DNA from: an uncultured Verrucomicrobiae bacterium
Lineage (GTDB): Bacteria; Verrucomicrobiota; Verrucomicrobiia; Limisphaerales; Palsa-1400
Reading direction: 5' to 3'
Assembly: GCA_963702845.1 (NCBI GenBank)
Contig: OY969763.1
Coordinates: 416,001 to 480,000 of the forward strand
Length of the DNA: 64,000 bases
Below, piece after piece: positions 39,607 through 51,400 of this stretch. Both the position numbers and the translations under genes were made by a program. Every line of letters starts with the position of its first letter. Position 1 is the first letter of the stretch. The notes beneath the pieces are model-generated. The model saw only the letters and a program-made list of their open reading frames with translations. It did not search any database and was not told where the DNA came from.

Positions 39607-40455
39607 TTACGACTGCGGCGTTGGCGTCGGCACATCATCAGGCAGTTGCGAAACGATCTCATCGCTCAAACCGACCTCCTCAATCAAAATCCGGCACCGC
39701 TCTATATATGATGCGGGCGCACGTTCCACGCCACCATCGCTGCGCAGCTTAACCGCATTGCCAAAACCGACTCCCACAACCTCTCCATTCCGATTCTTCC
39801 GAGCTGAAACCTCAAAATTAAACGGGCTCCATCCTCGCGTCGCTTCGTGCATCGTCTGGAATTCCGCCCATGTCGCGCCAAACCGTTCGAGGCGACACTC
39901 AAACCCGTCCGTCTTGTGCAACGGTCGCCAGGCAATGTGCCAGCGACCTTCTCGTCGACAACACCGCACTCCCCATGACGGGTGATTTACGCCGGTCGTA
40001 TTGTTTTCATCCAAAAGCAGGGGTTCGGCAAAGATCATTGAAGAATCCACCAGATATTTAGACTGTCCGAACTTTACCAACACCGTCCCATGGTTCGGGG
40101 TCGCATGCGGCGCGTGCAACATCGTGGCAATCCCGCGTTCCGCATTGAACCCGAGGCTGCTCAACAAAGCGTGCATGGCCCCGGCCCCGGCCCAGCAGGT
40201 GCCGCCGGTTCCATGTTTAAGAAATCCATCGAAAAAATCCTCTGGCGTATACGATGGAAGCGGTCCTTGATTGTGCGAGCGCACGTGAATCAATTTACGG
40301 ACATTGTCGAACGGCACGTGCACACACCACGCCACATAGAATTCCTGCAAACCGGATAGGGTCAGTTTCGGTTCGCGCGAAAGCCCAAGTCGCGTGAGCA
40401 CTTTTTCGCGGACGTTCGAAGATAAAACTGGTTCGGGGGACGAAGCTGCATTCAT
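39607..40455 (-). CDS. Arylamine N-acetyltransferase-family protein
   Basis: VPFDN, GGTC (Cys), NHG (His), YLVD (Asp) triad. Confidence 0.8.
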   Translation of the reverse strand: MNAASSPEPVLSSNVREKVLTRLGLSREPKLTLSGLQEFYVAWCVHVPFDNVRKLIHVRSHNQGPLPSYTPEDFFDGFLKHGTGGTCWAGAGAMHALLSSLGFNAERGIATMLHAPHATPNHGTVLVKFGQSKYLVDSSMIFAEPLLLDENNTTGVNHPSWGVRCCRREGRWHIAWRPLHKTDGFECRLERFGATWAEFQTMHEATRGWSPFNFEVSARKNRNGEVVGVGFGNAVKLRSDGGVERAPASYIERCRILIEEVGLSDEIVSQLPDDVPTPTPQS

Positions 40456-40593
40456 CAACGTTCCAGAGCATACCGCATTGACTTCGGCAATCAACTCACT
40501 GCACCGCCTTTTACAAAGGCATGGGGAAATCCCCGATGCCAAGCCTATTTACAAAATTTGGGCGGTTTCGATATACTCGTTCCACAGCCGCTT

Positions 40594-41448
40594 ATGCAAA
40601 CGACGCAAACACGTCTCTTTCCGTACGGACGCTGGGATTTTCAACTTCCGGACCTGGCTCGCATTTACCAGGAAAATCAACCGTATCCACATATCTCGTT
40701 GGAAAACTTCCTCGATGCAGAACTTGCCCAACAACTTGTCGCGGAGTTCCCAAAACCGGCTGATATCTCGTGGATCCACTACAAACATTTTAACGAAAAC
40801 AAACTCGGCAAAAGTAATCGCAAAGAATTTCCGACGACGATCGGACGCGTCATTGATGAGTTTAACAGTCCCGAATTCACCGCGTTCGTCTCGAAGGTGA
40901 CAGGCATTCCCGGTTTGATCGCCGATCCGAGCCTGGAAGGCGGCGGCATGCATCAGACCGAGCCCGGCGGCTTTTTGAACATGCACGCGGATTTCACAAT
41001 GCATCATCACCAGAAGAACTGGCGACGGTGCGTGAATCTGATCTTGTATCTGAATCCTGGCTGGGAAAAGAGTTGGGGCGGCGAATTGGAATTGTGGGAT
41101 CGCGAAATGAAACGGTGCGTGACCAAGTGCCCGCCCATCTTCAATCACGCTGTTTTCTTTAACACGACCGAACTGTCATTTCACGGCTATCCTGACCCGA
41201 TCAAATTTCCGGCCGGCACAACACGGCGCAGCCTGGCGCTATATTACTACACCGTCGAGAACGATCCGAAGTACGTCGCCAAATCGACCAACTACAAACC
41301 GCGTCCCGGCGAAAGCAAAGCTCGCGCGGCGATGATCTGGTTAGATAAGCAAGCGGTCCATGGCTATTCGGTGTTGAAGAAGACATTAGGACTCTCAGAC
41401 GATTTTGCCGGCAAGCTGCTTGGAATCTTTTCGCGCAAGAAGAAATAG
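40594..41448 (+). CDS. 2OG-Fe(II) oxygenase
   Basis: GGGMH, HAD, NLILYLN, GGELELW, FHG, RRS. Confidence 0.88.
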   Translation: MQTTQTRLFPYGRWDFQLPDLARIYQENQPYPHISLENFLDAELAQQLVAEFPKPADISWIHYKHFNENKLGKSNRKEFPTTIGRVIDEFNSPEFTAFVSKVTGIPGLIADPSLEGGGMHQTEPGGFLNMHADFTMHHHQKNWRRCVNLILYLNPGWEKSWGGELELWDREMKRCVTKCPPIFNHAVFFNTTELSFHGYPDPIKFPAGTTRRSLALYYYTVENDPKYVAKSTNYKPRPGESKARAAMIWLDKQAVHGYSVLKKTLGLSDDFAGKLLGIFSRKKK

Positions 41449-41525
41449 CGCGAACGCTTTCTGTCAAGCGCTGTAACCATTAGGGTTGTTGGGAACGTCA
41501 TTAACATGCGGTGGCCATCGATAAT

Positions 41526-41693
41526 ATGAAAACGCTCAATATGTCGGTTCTTCTGCTGATGTTCGCGCTGATACTCCTCAGCGTGACAGGTTGCGCTACA
41601 AATAACGTAGACAGCACAGGCACGATTCCGTGGGATCGTCCTAATGTTCTTGATTCCGGCAGTTTGCCAATGACCGGAGCCTGGAGACACTAA
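41526..41693 (+). CDS. Small lipoprotein
   Basis: MKT plus hydrophobic core, VTGC lipobox, IPWDRP. Confidence 0.6.
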   Translation: MKTLNMSVLLLMFALILLSVTGCATNNVDSTGTIPWDRPNVLDSGSLPMTGAWRH

Positions 41694-41727
41694 AACTAGT
41701 TCGGGGTAGGCCGAAGCGTGGCATCAA

Positions 41728-43298
41728 CTAATCGTGCCAACCGCTGACGGCGATCAGATTAAGGTTCTCCAGGCGATTGACATCGTAAAGTGCCGGGACG
41801 TCAACCTTTCCGCCTTGTACGGCATGCTCGCTTACGAATCGACCAATTTGCTTGGCCCAACTGTAATAATAGGCCGCATCGTTGTTGCCGATTCTTTTAT
41901 AATATGGCGGGTACCGCAAAACTTCTTCGCCACGTGCTGGAATCAGCAACGAGCCAACAATCCAGAGCGTATGCCCAGAGTGAAGCGTCTCATACGCGCG
42001 ATTTGCCAATCCGCTTATAGGATCTGGCGACTGCATTGCCCGTTTCATTAGGTCGTAGCGCTGAATTCGAACCTCCTCCATTGGCGGCAGGGTCACGAAT
42101 CCAGCCGAAGGATAATATCTGCATAGCGAACAGGCATTGAACCAAGGCGCAACGATCACCAAGTCCCCCGGTTTGCAATCGGTTTTTAGTTTGCTTGCAA
42201 TGAGGTCGATATTCGTCTGGCGCAGTTTCGAACCTGACCAACAACCTGGGACCCATAGCACGGCGACAGCGATCACCACAATCGCGCGCCCTACGTTCGC
42301 GCTTTGGTTCAACTTACTCCAGATTACGTCGGCGCAAGCCAGAGTGGAAAATACCAAGGCCTCGGCGGAAGCCCGAGTCGCGACAGGAGTGTGATTTGGA
42401 AAATTGTCGCGAGCAAAAAAACGATAATGGCATAGACGACAGCGCGCGCTTTCAATCTTACCGCGAAAAAAATGCCGATGGCGATCGTCGCAATGAACGC
42501 GGCGATATAGATGGGCTGCATCAAAGGTTGGGCGGCGCTTAGTAATTCATTGAGTGCTTCCACAATTAGATGCATTGAGACCGGCCCGCGCGCGATATCG
42601 CGCCATTGTTCGCCTTTTTGGATGTTCGGCACGTGCGGCGGGAGTGACAATGCGGCGATCACCCCCACTGCCAGGCATAGTAGCGCAGTTTTGCGTTGCC
42701 TGTTCCATAAGCAGACGGCACATCCCGCTAGATCAAATGCCGCAATGTAAAACGCGCTTCGATACAGGCACTGCACGCTAAAGACCGCGGAGAGCGTCGC
42801 GCCAACGAACCATTTTATGTCGCGGCTTTCGACAAATTTCCAAATCATTCCGAGCGTCAGTACAGACGAACGCATATCCCAGTCCATATGGCCGCGGCGA
42901 ATCGCCAATGCGCAGCGCCAACGGATTCAGCGTATAAAACGCGAGTGCTAACAACGGAGTGCGTGCTCCGAGTAATCGTGCGCTGACCCATAGAACAATA
43001 AGCATCACGATCCCGACGATCAGGCCCAGGACGCGATAACCGAAGTCGGTCGAAGAGATGGTGAGAGTCCACACTCGCGCAATCCATTCGAAGAACGGCG
43101 GAAAATTATCGTAATGCACGTTGTCCCACATTTCGCCGAACGGCATATTGGCATACGCGATTGTGCCGCATTCATCGCGCCATAATGCAAATAAACCCCC
43201 CAGACGCTGAGCGCTATTGCGACGGACCACTCAATTCGCGTTGCTGGGTGATTTCGGACAACGGCTGGTTTGATGCGGTGTTGTTCGGCTACGGCCAC
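41728..43298 (-). CDS. Polytopic membrane glycosyltransferase (GT-C, ArnT/PMT-like), frameshifted
   Basis: LWRDE, DNFPP, RPYGLG motifs and many TM segments across four overlapping ORFs. Confidence 0.65.
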
Positions 43299-43515
43299 AC
43301 CGGACAGAAAAACGGATTTTCCCCAATCTGAACACTGAAAACTGAAGGTGCTCTCAAGTTTTTCTTGCTCCGACGCACGGCGTTCTTACCTTGGTAACCA
43401 TGTCGGGTTCCGTAGTTCCACTCGATCGAGTGCGTTTTTGCCCCTGCGCTTTGCTGGTGCCTATCGCGCCGGACGACCATCGTTTGCACCGGGCTGCGGA
43501 ATTGAGAGCGTCCTC

Positions 43516-44778
43516 ATGACAGCAGCCCGACGTCCCCTCCGCATCGCCTTCTTCAACTCCATGGAGCAAGCGAGTGGTGCCGAACAGTTAACCCGCGAAA
43601 CAGTCGAAGGCCTCAACGCGCGCGGCCACGATGCCCGGCTCTACGTCAAAATCCGCAGCAAATTACCGCGACCATACGTGCATAAAATTCCGTATTTTCG
43701 CGCCGAAGAAAATCTCGAAAGCCGTTTGCGGCGCCTCACCGGATGGAATGATTATTTCTTTCCATCCACATGGAGAATCGCTCGCGACCCGTGGATCAAA
43801 GGCGCTGATATCTGGCATTTTCATAACCTGCACGGTCACTACCTCAGTATTCCGCTACTCTCATCGCACAGCAGGAGACGGCCAATTGTGTTGTCGCCGG
43901 TAGACGAATTTTTGACCACCGGTTTTTGTCCGTATTCGCTGGGTTGCGAACGATTTCAGTCCGGATGCGGGTCATGCCCGCAGATCGACTTGCCGTATCC
44001 CGGCATCTCGCGCGATGCGACCCATCGCTTGTGGAATATGAAGCGCCGCGCGCTTAGTCGCGGACGTTTTCACTACCTCCTGCACACGGATTACTTGTTC
44101 AGCCACTTCTGCTCTGCCCTTGCGCTGACAAAAAATATTGATCGCCTTTATTACGGAGTGAACCTCGACGTGAACAAACCGCTGTCGCGCCCGCAATGCG
44201 CCGAGGAACGCGGGTTGAAGGTTTCGGGGCGACTTGTCGTGGGGCTTTTTCACAGTGACATCATGGAAGCCCGCAAAGGGTTGGTGCCGTTGCTGGATGG
44301 CTTGCAAAAATTAGCAAAAACGTCCCCTGGAAAACTTGAAGTCCTGGTTGTTGGACGCGGCAGCGAAAAGGTCAAATCGCGCGAGACACCTGATTTGCCC
44401 GTTCAATTTTTGCCCTTCCTCCGTTCGGAACATGAGCTTGCCCAGGCTCTGAATCTTTGTGATGTGCTGCTGTATCCGACGCGCGCCGACAACCTGTCAC
44501 TGACGTGCCTTTGTGCGCTCGCCTGTGGCGTGCCGGTGATCAGTTCAGCAGTTGGCGGGCAGGTCGAGGCGATCCATGATAATCAAAACGGTTTTTTGAC
44601 AGCAGTCGGCGATAATGCCGCGATTTTGAATAAGGTGCGTGTTCTCTTGGAAAATCCGCAGTTGAAATCAGCCATGAGCGCAAGGGCGCGCCAGTCTGCC
44701 GTCGAAAACTTTGATATTGGCGTTTATGTCGATCGGTTGATCGAATATTATTACTCGGATGTCCTCGCCCGAACCTAA
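43516..44778 (+). CDS. GT4 glycosyltransferase
   Basis: SGAE, HFHNLHG, RKG, PTRADNLSLT..ALACGVPV. Confidence 0.85.
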   Translation: MTAARRPLRIAFFNSMEQASGAEQLTRETVEGLNARGHDARLYVKIRSKLPRPYVHKIPYFRAEENLESRLRRLTGWNDYFFPSTWRIARDPWIKGADIWHFHNLHGHYLSIPLLSSHSRRRPIVLSPVDEFLTTGFCPYSLGCERFQSGCGSCPQIDLPYPGISRDATHRLWNMKRRALSRGRFHYLLHTDYLFSHFCSALALTKNIDRLYYGVNLDVNKPLSRPQCAEERGLKVSGRLVVGLFHSDIMEARKGLVPLLDGLQKLAKTSPGKLEVLVVGRGSEKVKSRETPDLPVQFLPFLRSEHELAQALNLCDVLLYPTRADNLSLTCLCALACGVPVISSAVGGQVEAIHDNQNGFLTAVGDNAAILNKVRVLLENPQLKSAMSARARQSAVENFDIGVYVDRLIEYYYSDVLART

Positions 44779-45703
44779 ACAAAAACTGGTCGTTGTCATG
44801 GGAGGGTTTGGCTTTATCGGGAGCGAAGTTTGCCGCGCTCTGGTTTCGCAAGGTTATCTTGTGCGAGTTTTCCAAAAGGAATCCTCATCTCCGTCGCGGC
44901 TTGGTCCCGTGTTAAATTCCGTGGAGGTGTTTCGCGGCGATCAATGTTCGGCCGTGGACGTCATTGCGGCGCTCAAGGATGCCCACACAGTTATCCATTT
45001 GATTCATACCACTGTCCCGGGTTCTTCAATGAGCAGGCCGGGATTCGATCTGCAGAGCAATGTTGTTGCGTTGACCGGGTGGTTGTCGCGGCTTGGTGAA
45101 ACATCTGTCAAACGCGTGATATACGTGTCCTCGGGTGGAACCGTTTACGGAGTGGCAAAAGCGCTCCCAATTCCTGAACAGCACGAGCTCAATCCGATTT
45201 GCGCCTATGGCATCACCAAGCTCGCATGCGAAAAGTTTGTCGCCATGTATTCCAAGCTCAGTGGCGTGGATTATCGCATTCTGCGGCCGGCCAATGCGTA
45301 TGGTGAACTACAACCCTCCGACCGCGGGCAGGGTGTGATGGCGGTGATCGCCGCGCGCATCGCCAAAGGTCAGCCGTTGGAAATCTGGGGAAGCGGACGA
45401 GCGCAGCGTGATTACATTCACGTCAGTGACGTTGCTACTTCAATTGCCGCCGCAGTCGAATACACCGGCGATGCGCGGGTTTTCAATGTCTCGACGGGTA
45501 TTGGTAAATCCGTCATCGACCTCGTCGAACATTTCAAAAAACGCGTGCCGGATCTGCCGCCGGTGCAACATTTGCCCGAACGTGGATTCGATGTGCCCGA
45601 CAATGTCCTGGACAACACGCTGCTTTGCCGCGAGCTGGGGTGGAAACCGCGAGTCACTGTGGAAGAAGGTATCGACCGCATGCTCCACGCGATTCGCAGC
45701 TGA
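44759..45703 (+). CDS. NAD-dependent nucleotide-sugar epimerase/dehydratase
   Basis: GGFGFIG, SSGGTVYG, YGITK, RDYIHVSD. Confidence 0.9.
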   Translation: MSSPEPKQKLVVVMGGFGFIGSEVCRALVSQGYLVRVFQKESSSPSRLGPVLNSVEVFRGDQCSAVDVIAALKDAHTVIHLIHTTVPGSSMSRPGFDLQSNVVALTGWLSRLGETSVKRVIYVSSGGTVYGVAKALPIPEQHELNPICAYGITKLACEKFVAMYSKLSGVDYRILRPANAYGELQPSDRGQGVMAVIAARIAKGQPLEIWGSGRAQRDYIHVSDVATSIAAAVEYTGDARVFNVSTGIGKSVIDLVEHFKKRVPDLPPVQHLPERGFDVPDNVLDNTLLCRELGWKPRVTVEEGIDRMLHAIRS

Positions 45704-45723
45704 TGCGGTCGTTGTTCATGCGT

Positions 45724-46614
45724 TCACTCGCGCCGCTGCTTCTTGGCGAACCAATGTTCGAGATCTTTATTGATCAATTTCGCGGTAGCGCCGACGTCAT
45801 CACGATAACGTTCCAACAATGCAACACGCGTTTCTGCGCGGAGCGCGGGTGGTTTGCCCGATCGAATCCCGCGTTGCAGGAGCGCGTCGCGTTGTTCCTT
45901 GGTCGGTAAGTTATGGAAGAATTTGTTATTCACCTTGCGCAACCAAAACTGAAGCATCGGGTGAATCACGCCAACGCTCGGGTTGGAAACTTCTGTAGTT
46001 GCTGCATACGGTCCTATTTTTAAAAATTCGCGCACCGTCGCGTAGTCCGTTTTGATGGCAGCGACCAATTCCTCGAACGTCATCACCAGCACATTGCCCG
46101 GGAACAAATCGAAGTAACGTTTTACCTGCTCGGAATAGAGGCCCGCGCGGAAATACAAATAATTATAGTAATATTGCGGCTCCCAGAAGTTCGGGATTTT
46201 CTTGCGCGCCCGACGCTCCTCAATCATCAGCGCTTTTTCAAAACTCGAAACGTATTCATAGCCTTCCTGCACCATCCAGCAGTACATCGAATAGGCGCGG
46301 TCAGCAGGGTTGCGCAGAATGATGATGATCTTCGCATTCGGATCGTACTTGTGAATATTCGCCGGCTGCCGACGGATCCGTCAAAGGTAAGCAGTGGACG
46401 CTTCACCAATCCAGCGCTGCTGCGGTTTTGCGTCGTCGAAGAGGGGGAAATATTTGTTCGGGTTTTTATACCACGTGATCAGATTTGAAAAATGCGATGG
46501 CTCCTTATGCAAATCATCCGGCATGAACACCTCAGGATGATCTTTCAAGTAATCGTAGAGAGTCGTCGTGCCTGATTTCGCCGCGCCGACAATGAAGAAA
46601 TTAGGTTTGTTCAC
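45724..46614 (-). CDS. Sulfotransferase, frameshifted
   Basis: PNFFIVGAAKSGTT (5'-PSB), KEP, GEAST.YL, LRNPADRAYS (3'-PB). Confidence 0.85.
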
Positions 46615-46657
46615 CGCGAAGTTCCGAGTGTACGCGGAACGGGCCTGATGTAAAACA

Positions 46658-48054
46658 TCAACCTTTTACAACTTCATCAATCGCTTCGCGTAAAACAGCC
46701 AAACCGTCGCGCAAAGCTTCTTCGGTAATCGTCAGCGGCGGCGCAATTTTCACGGTTTGTCCCCACGCGCCGACCGGTGAGAAAAACAGCAACCCTTTAT
46801 GAAAGCACTTTTCGATAATGGCGTGGGCGATGTCGTGATCGGGTTCTTTATGCGTGGCTCCGCGACGTTCCGCTTCCGCGCTTCACAATCTGCACCCCAC
46901 CCACCAAACCCGTCGCCGTGACGTGCCCAATGATATCGCTGATGTTTTTTCTGCAACGCGCGCAGACCGGTCTCAAGAATCGGCCCGAGATTCGCCGCGT
47001 TTTCAGTCAGCTTGTCGTCTATGATTTTCTTGACGCTGGCGAGAGCCGCTGCAACGCAAACCGGATTGCCAGTATGAGTGCTCGTCATCGAACCTGGCCC
47101 GAATTGGTCCATGATTTCCGTCCGGCCAATCACTGCCGACAAGGGCAGCGAACTGCTGATTCCCTTTCCGCAGCAAATCAGGTCAGGCGTAACGCCGTAA
47201 TGTTCGAAGGCCCAGAACTTACCCGGTGCGGCCGAACCCGGCCTGCACTTCGTCAAAAATCAGCACGACATCATTCTTCTTACACCACGCCGCGAGCTCT
47301 TTAATATATGGCACCGGCGCGAAATCGGGGCCGACGCCCTGATAGCTTTCGATAATCACCCCCGCGACGTTTTGATCCTCCAAGCCCTTCTTCTGAATCG
47401 TGCTGCAGGAACAAATCGAAACTGGTGTCTTCCGTCCAGTAACCGTCCGGGAACGGCACCTGCACAATCGCCGGATCTTCATTCACGATCCAACCCTTCT
47501 GCCCTGGAATACCGCCCGCCTGTTGCGCGCCGAGTGTGCGTCCGTGAAATCCACGTTCAGCGCCGATGATGCCGATTTTTTTGTTGCCGCCCTTCTTAAT
47601 GCCGTAAGAACGGGCCAGCTTGATCGCGCACTCCGTCGCTTCGGAACCGGTCGTGAGAAGGAAAACTTTATCGAGCCCTTTCGGCGCGACGCTTACCAGC
47701 AATTCCGCCAACTCCGCCCGTTCTTCGCTTGGAAAAACATAATTGTGCAACAACCCGCTGTTGACCTGATCGATAATCGCCTTGCGGATTTCCGGCATGC
47801 CATGCCCCGCGTTTGTCACTAATACACCCGAACTCCAATCCAGCCAGCGGTTACCATACTTATCGTAAACAAAAACATCCTCGGCGCGGTCCCAGACAAG
47901 AGGCGGCTGGCCGCGCATCGAAATCGGTTCAAACTTGCGCAACTTTTCCAGCGTCGGCACCGAATCAGGATGAGGCAGGGGAGTGACGATCGCGGCGAAA
48001 CTTCGTTTCAACGTGCGGCACGGTTTTAGGGGCAATACTGAATTCTTTTCCCAT
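46658..48054 (-). CDS. Class III PLP-dependent aminotransferase, several frameshifts
   Basis: GNRWLDWSSG, TTGSEATE, FHGRT, DEVQAGFGRTG, GKG PLP lysine, HTGNP. Confidence 0.88.
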
Positions 48055-48209
48055 ATATATAAAAGCGAGTATAAGAATGTTTTGGACCGCGCAAATAAAG
48101 GCAAAAGCTTTGCTAAAACGTGCTCCCCGCATTCAACTTTCTATTCTGAAAAGTAACATAGCGTTTGTAGTGTAAAACATTGCCTTACGCTTAATTGTTT
48201 ATTCTGATG

Positions 48210-48238
48210 TTGACACGGGGTCGACCCCGATGATAAAA
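48210..48238 (+). promoter_or_regulatory. Possible promoter with a palindromic spacer upstream of the giant surface protein
   Basis: TTGACA immediately followed by the perfect palindrome CGGGGTCGACCCCG; -10 weak. Confidence 0.4.
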
Positions 48239-48436
48239 CGACCGGAAATCCAGATAGAAAACGTATCCGCATCGCGTTGTTTAGTGTACGAATATTAGTC
48301 CAATAACACAGGGTCTGTACCCTTGGGTAACCAACTTATGAACAAATCAAAACTGATCCGTTCTGCTTCATCGTCTCTAGATACTTTTCCGAAGACTAAC
48401 TCACAGACTTTACGCCAAACTGCCACCTCGAAACTT

Positions 48437-51400
48437 ATGAAAAAACTCCTTGTCTCCGCTGCGCTGGTTGTCCTGTGCGCGCAAAACGCAACAGCAAGCA
48501 TCTTTTTCGATGTCAACTCAACGACTGCGGGTACCGGTATTACGTCCGGGGGCAGCTTCACATGGGAGGGCAATTTCTGGACCACCACTTCGGGCGGCAC
48601 TACCGCGACCACTGCATACGACACGCTGGCCCCGACGGATGGCACCTTCTTCCCAAGGTTCACCTCCAGCGTAACCGGTGGTTACACCGTCACAGCGAAC
48701 GCAAACCATAGTATCGCTGGCATGTTGATGAGCACTACTACCGGCACTCTTACCATTCAAGGGACTGGAGTGCTGTCAATCAATGCTGGCCTACAGGGAT
48801 TTTTCGGCGGCTCCGGCTTCATGAGCATTTCGTCTAAGCTCACCGGGCCGGGTGGGGTTGTTGGTTCATCGGGCCAGATTTTCCTGAACGGCGTCAATGA
48901 TTACGCTGGCGGAACGACCCCCGGTAGTGGCCTTATCAATTTTAACAGCGGTAGTTCTTTCGGCACCGGCCATTTCGTCATGACCTCTTCGGGGGGCGCA
49001 TTGATTGTTGAGGGCACATCGGCGATTACGATTACCAATGATTGGGACCTCAGCTTGGCTACAACTACTATTAACTGTGTCGGCAATCCTGCTGGTGTAA
49101 CCTATAGCGGAGTGATACCGTTGGGCGCTAATACCTTCAACATCGGTAGCGGTGGCGCTACCGCGAACATCAATACTTTCTCCGGTCTCATTAGCGGCAC
49201 CGGTAACCTCGGGAGATCGGCCGGCCAGAGCCCTGCTGGAATCATCGTTCTAACCGGTGCCAATACTTACACGGGCAAGACTTCCCTCCAATCCGGAAAT
49301 ACATCCGTGAGTTCGATTAACTCGGTGACGACCCCGGCCCAGCAAACCACTAGCTGTTTGGGAAAACCCAGCAGTGCGGCCAATGGCATCCTTGCCTTCG
49401 GCGGCACCACTGTTCCTGGCATATTGACCTACACGGGGACTGGTGAAACCACCGACCGTGTGATCGACCTTGCTGGCACATCTGGCGGCGCGACGATTGA
49501 TCAATCGGGAACGGGTCTGCTGAAATTTACATCGGCTAATACAGCGTCTGGTATCGGCAGCAAAACGTTAACCCTTCAAGGTGCCACTGCTGGCACTGGC
49601 GAATTCGCGGGAATTATTTCTGATAACACAACAGTAGGTTCAACCGTTACAACCTTCAGCTTTCCAATCAATTCGGTCAACATTACGAATGCTTCGGTCG
49701 ACGGCATGACCGTGGGCGCGGCCATTGCCGGTACCGGCATTGCCGGTGGCGCTACTATTACCGCAATCAACACTGCCACCAAAGTTGTTACCATTACCCC
49801 GGCAGCAACCTCCGCCGGAACTCTTGGCGAAACGATCACCGTTGCCGGCACCAAAAATCTCACGTCGGTTCTTAAAACCGGCAGCGGCAAATGGACCCTC
49901 TCTGGTGTCAATACTTACAGCGGAACGACAACTCTTAACACCGCTGGACAGCTTAATTTGGCCAACTCCTCATCCCTCGGCACCAGCGCATTTGTAATTG
50001 CCCAAAACGGTTTATTTGACAACGTCAGCGGCGGCGATCTCACCATTGCTAACAGTATCGCACTGAGCGGTGGCAGCCCGACCTATGTTGGTAGCGCAAA
50101 TAACATGACTATCACTGGCCCTGCTTCGATCGCGGGTGCCACTCGCACCATCACTGTTACAGCAAAAACGTTGACACTGACTCAAGGTATTACTCAAGAC
50201 AGTGCGCGTGCCTTCACAAAGGCAGGTAACGGAACCCTCGTTCTTTCCGGTGCATGCGCCTACACCGGCGCAACAACCATTAACGGTGGCACGTTGCGCG
50301 TCGATGGCAGTACTTCCAGCAGCTCTGCGGTGACTGTCGCTGCGGCAGGAACTCTTGGCGGTAACGGCACGGTTGCTGGCACCGTCACGGTGAATGGCAC
50401 TATTTCTCCTGGCGCAAGCCCGGGCACGCTCACCACCGGTGCCGAAACATGGGCCGGAGCCGGCAACTACGTTTGGGAAATCAATGATTTCAACGGTTCG
50501 ATCGGTTCCGCTTACGACACCATTAACGCAACTTCGGCCAACATCACCGCAACCACCGGCAGCAAGTTCAATATCAAAGTCACTTCGCTCAACGGCACCA
50601 GCGCTGGTACGGCGGTAAATTTCAATGGCAACACCGATTATGACTTCACCATTCTCCATACCACGGGCGGCATCACGGGTAATGGCGTTGCCGCGCTTAA
50701 CGTCGATACGTCAGCCTTCCAAAACACTCTTGGGAACGGTGGCTTCTTCTTTCTGACAATCTCGGGCAACGACTTGGTTCTCTCCTATCGCCGCGCTGCA
50801 TTCATTGCCAGCAATCCTGGATCGCTGGCCTTGGCTGCTGGTGCAACCGCTAACTTCTCCGGCAGCGCGACCGGTTCGGGCAGCGTTACTTACCAATGGA
50901 AAAAGGGTGGCGTCAATCTTTCCAATGGCTCGCAACCCGGCAATTCGGTCGTTTCAGGCGCGACAACAGCAGCGCTGACCGTCTTAGGTGTCACCTATCA
51001 GGATGAGGGTGCTTACACCTTGGTGGCTACCGGAACTTATGGCGCCGCTGCGACATCGTCAGCAGCCGCCTTGACCGTCACCGACCCGCCCGTTATCACC
51101 AGCCCAACCAGTGACAGCACGGTTGTGAAAGACGCTGGTCAAAACCAGGTTCTGACGGTTACCCAAACTGGGCGCGTTGGCACTTACCAATGGAAAAAAG
51201 GTGCAGGCAACCTGAGCAATGGCGCATTTGACAATGCCGCGACCGTTAGTGGCGCGACGGCGGCGACCTTGACATTGGCAAGCGTTCGCGGCGCCGACGC
51301 TGGCATCTATAGCGTCGTCATAACCACCACCGATGGCAACGCCACCAGCGCGAACACGACCTTGCAAGTCAATGATCCCGCCATTGCTATTCAGCCAGCG

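Noticed and set aside
46850..46885. Apparent short insertion in the aminotransferase
   Set aside because: Lies in an indel-rich stretch; most likely consensus noise
48099..48114. Sigma-54 site AGGCAAAAGCTTTGCT upstream of the giant protein
   Set aside because: Spacing fits but it lacks the TGG and the -24 match is weak
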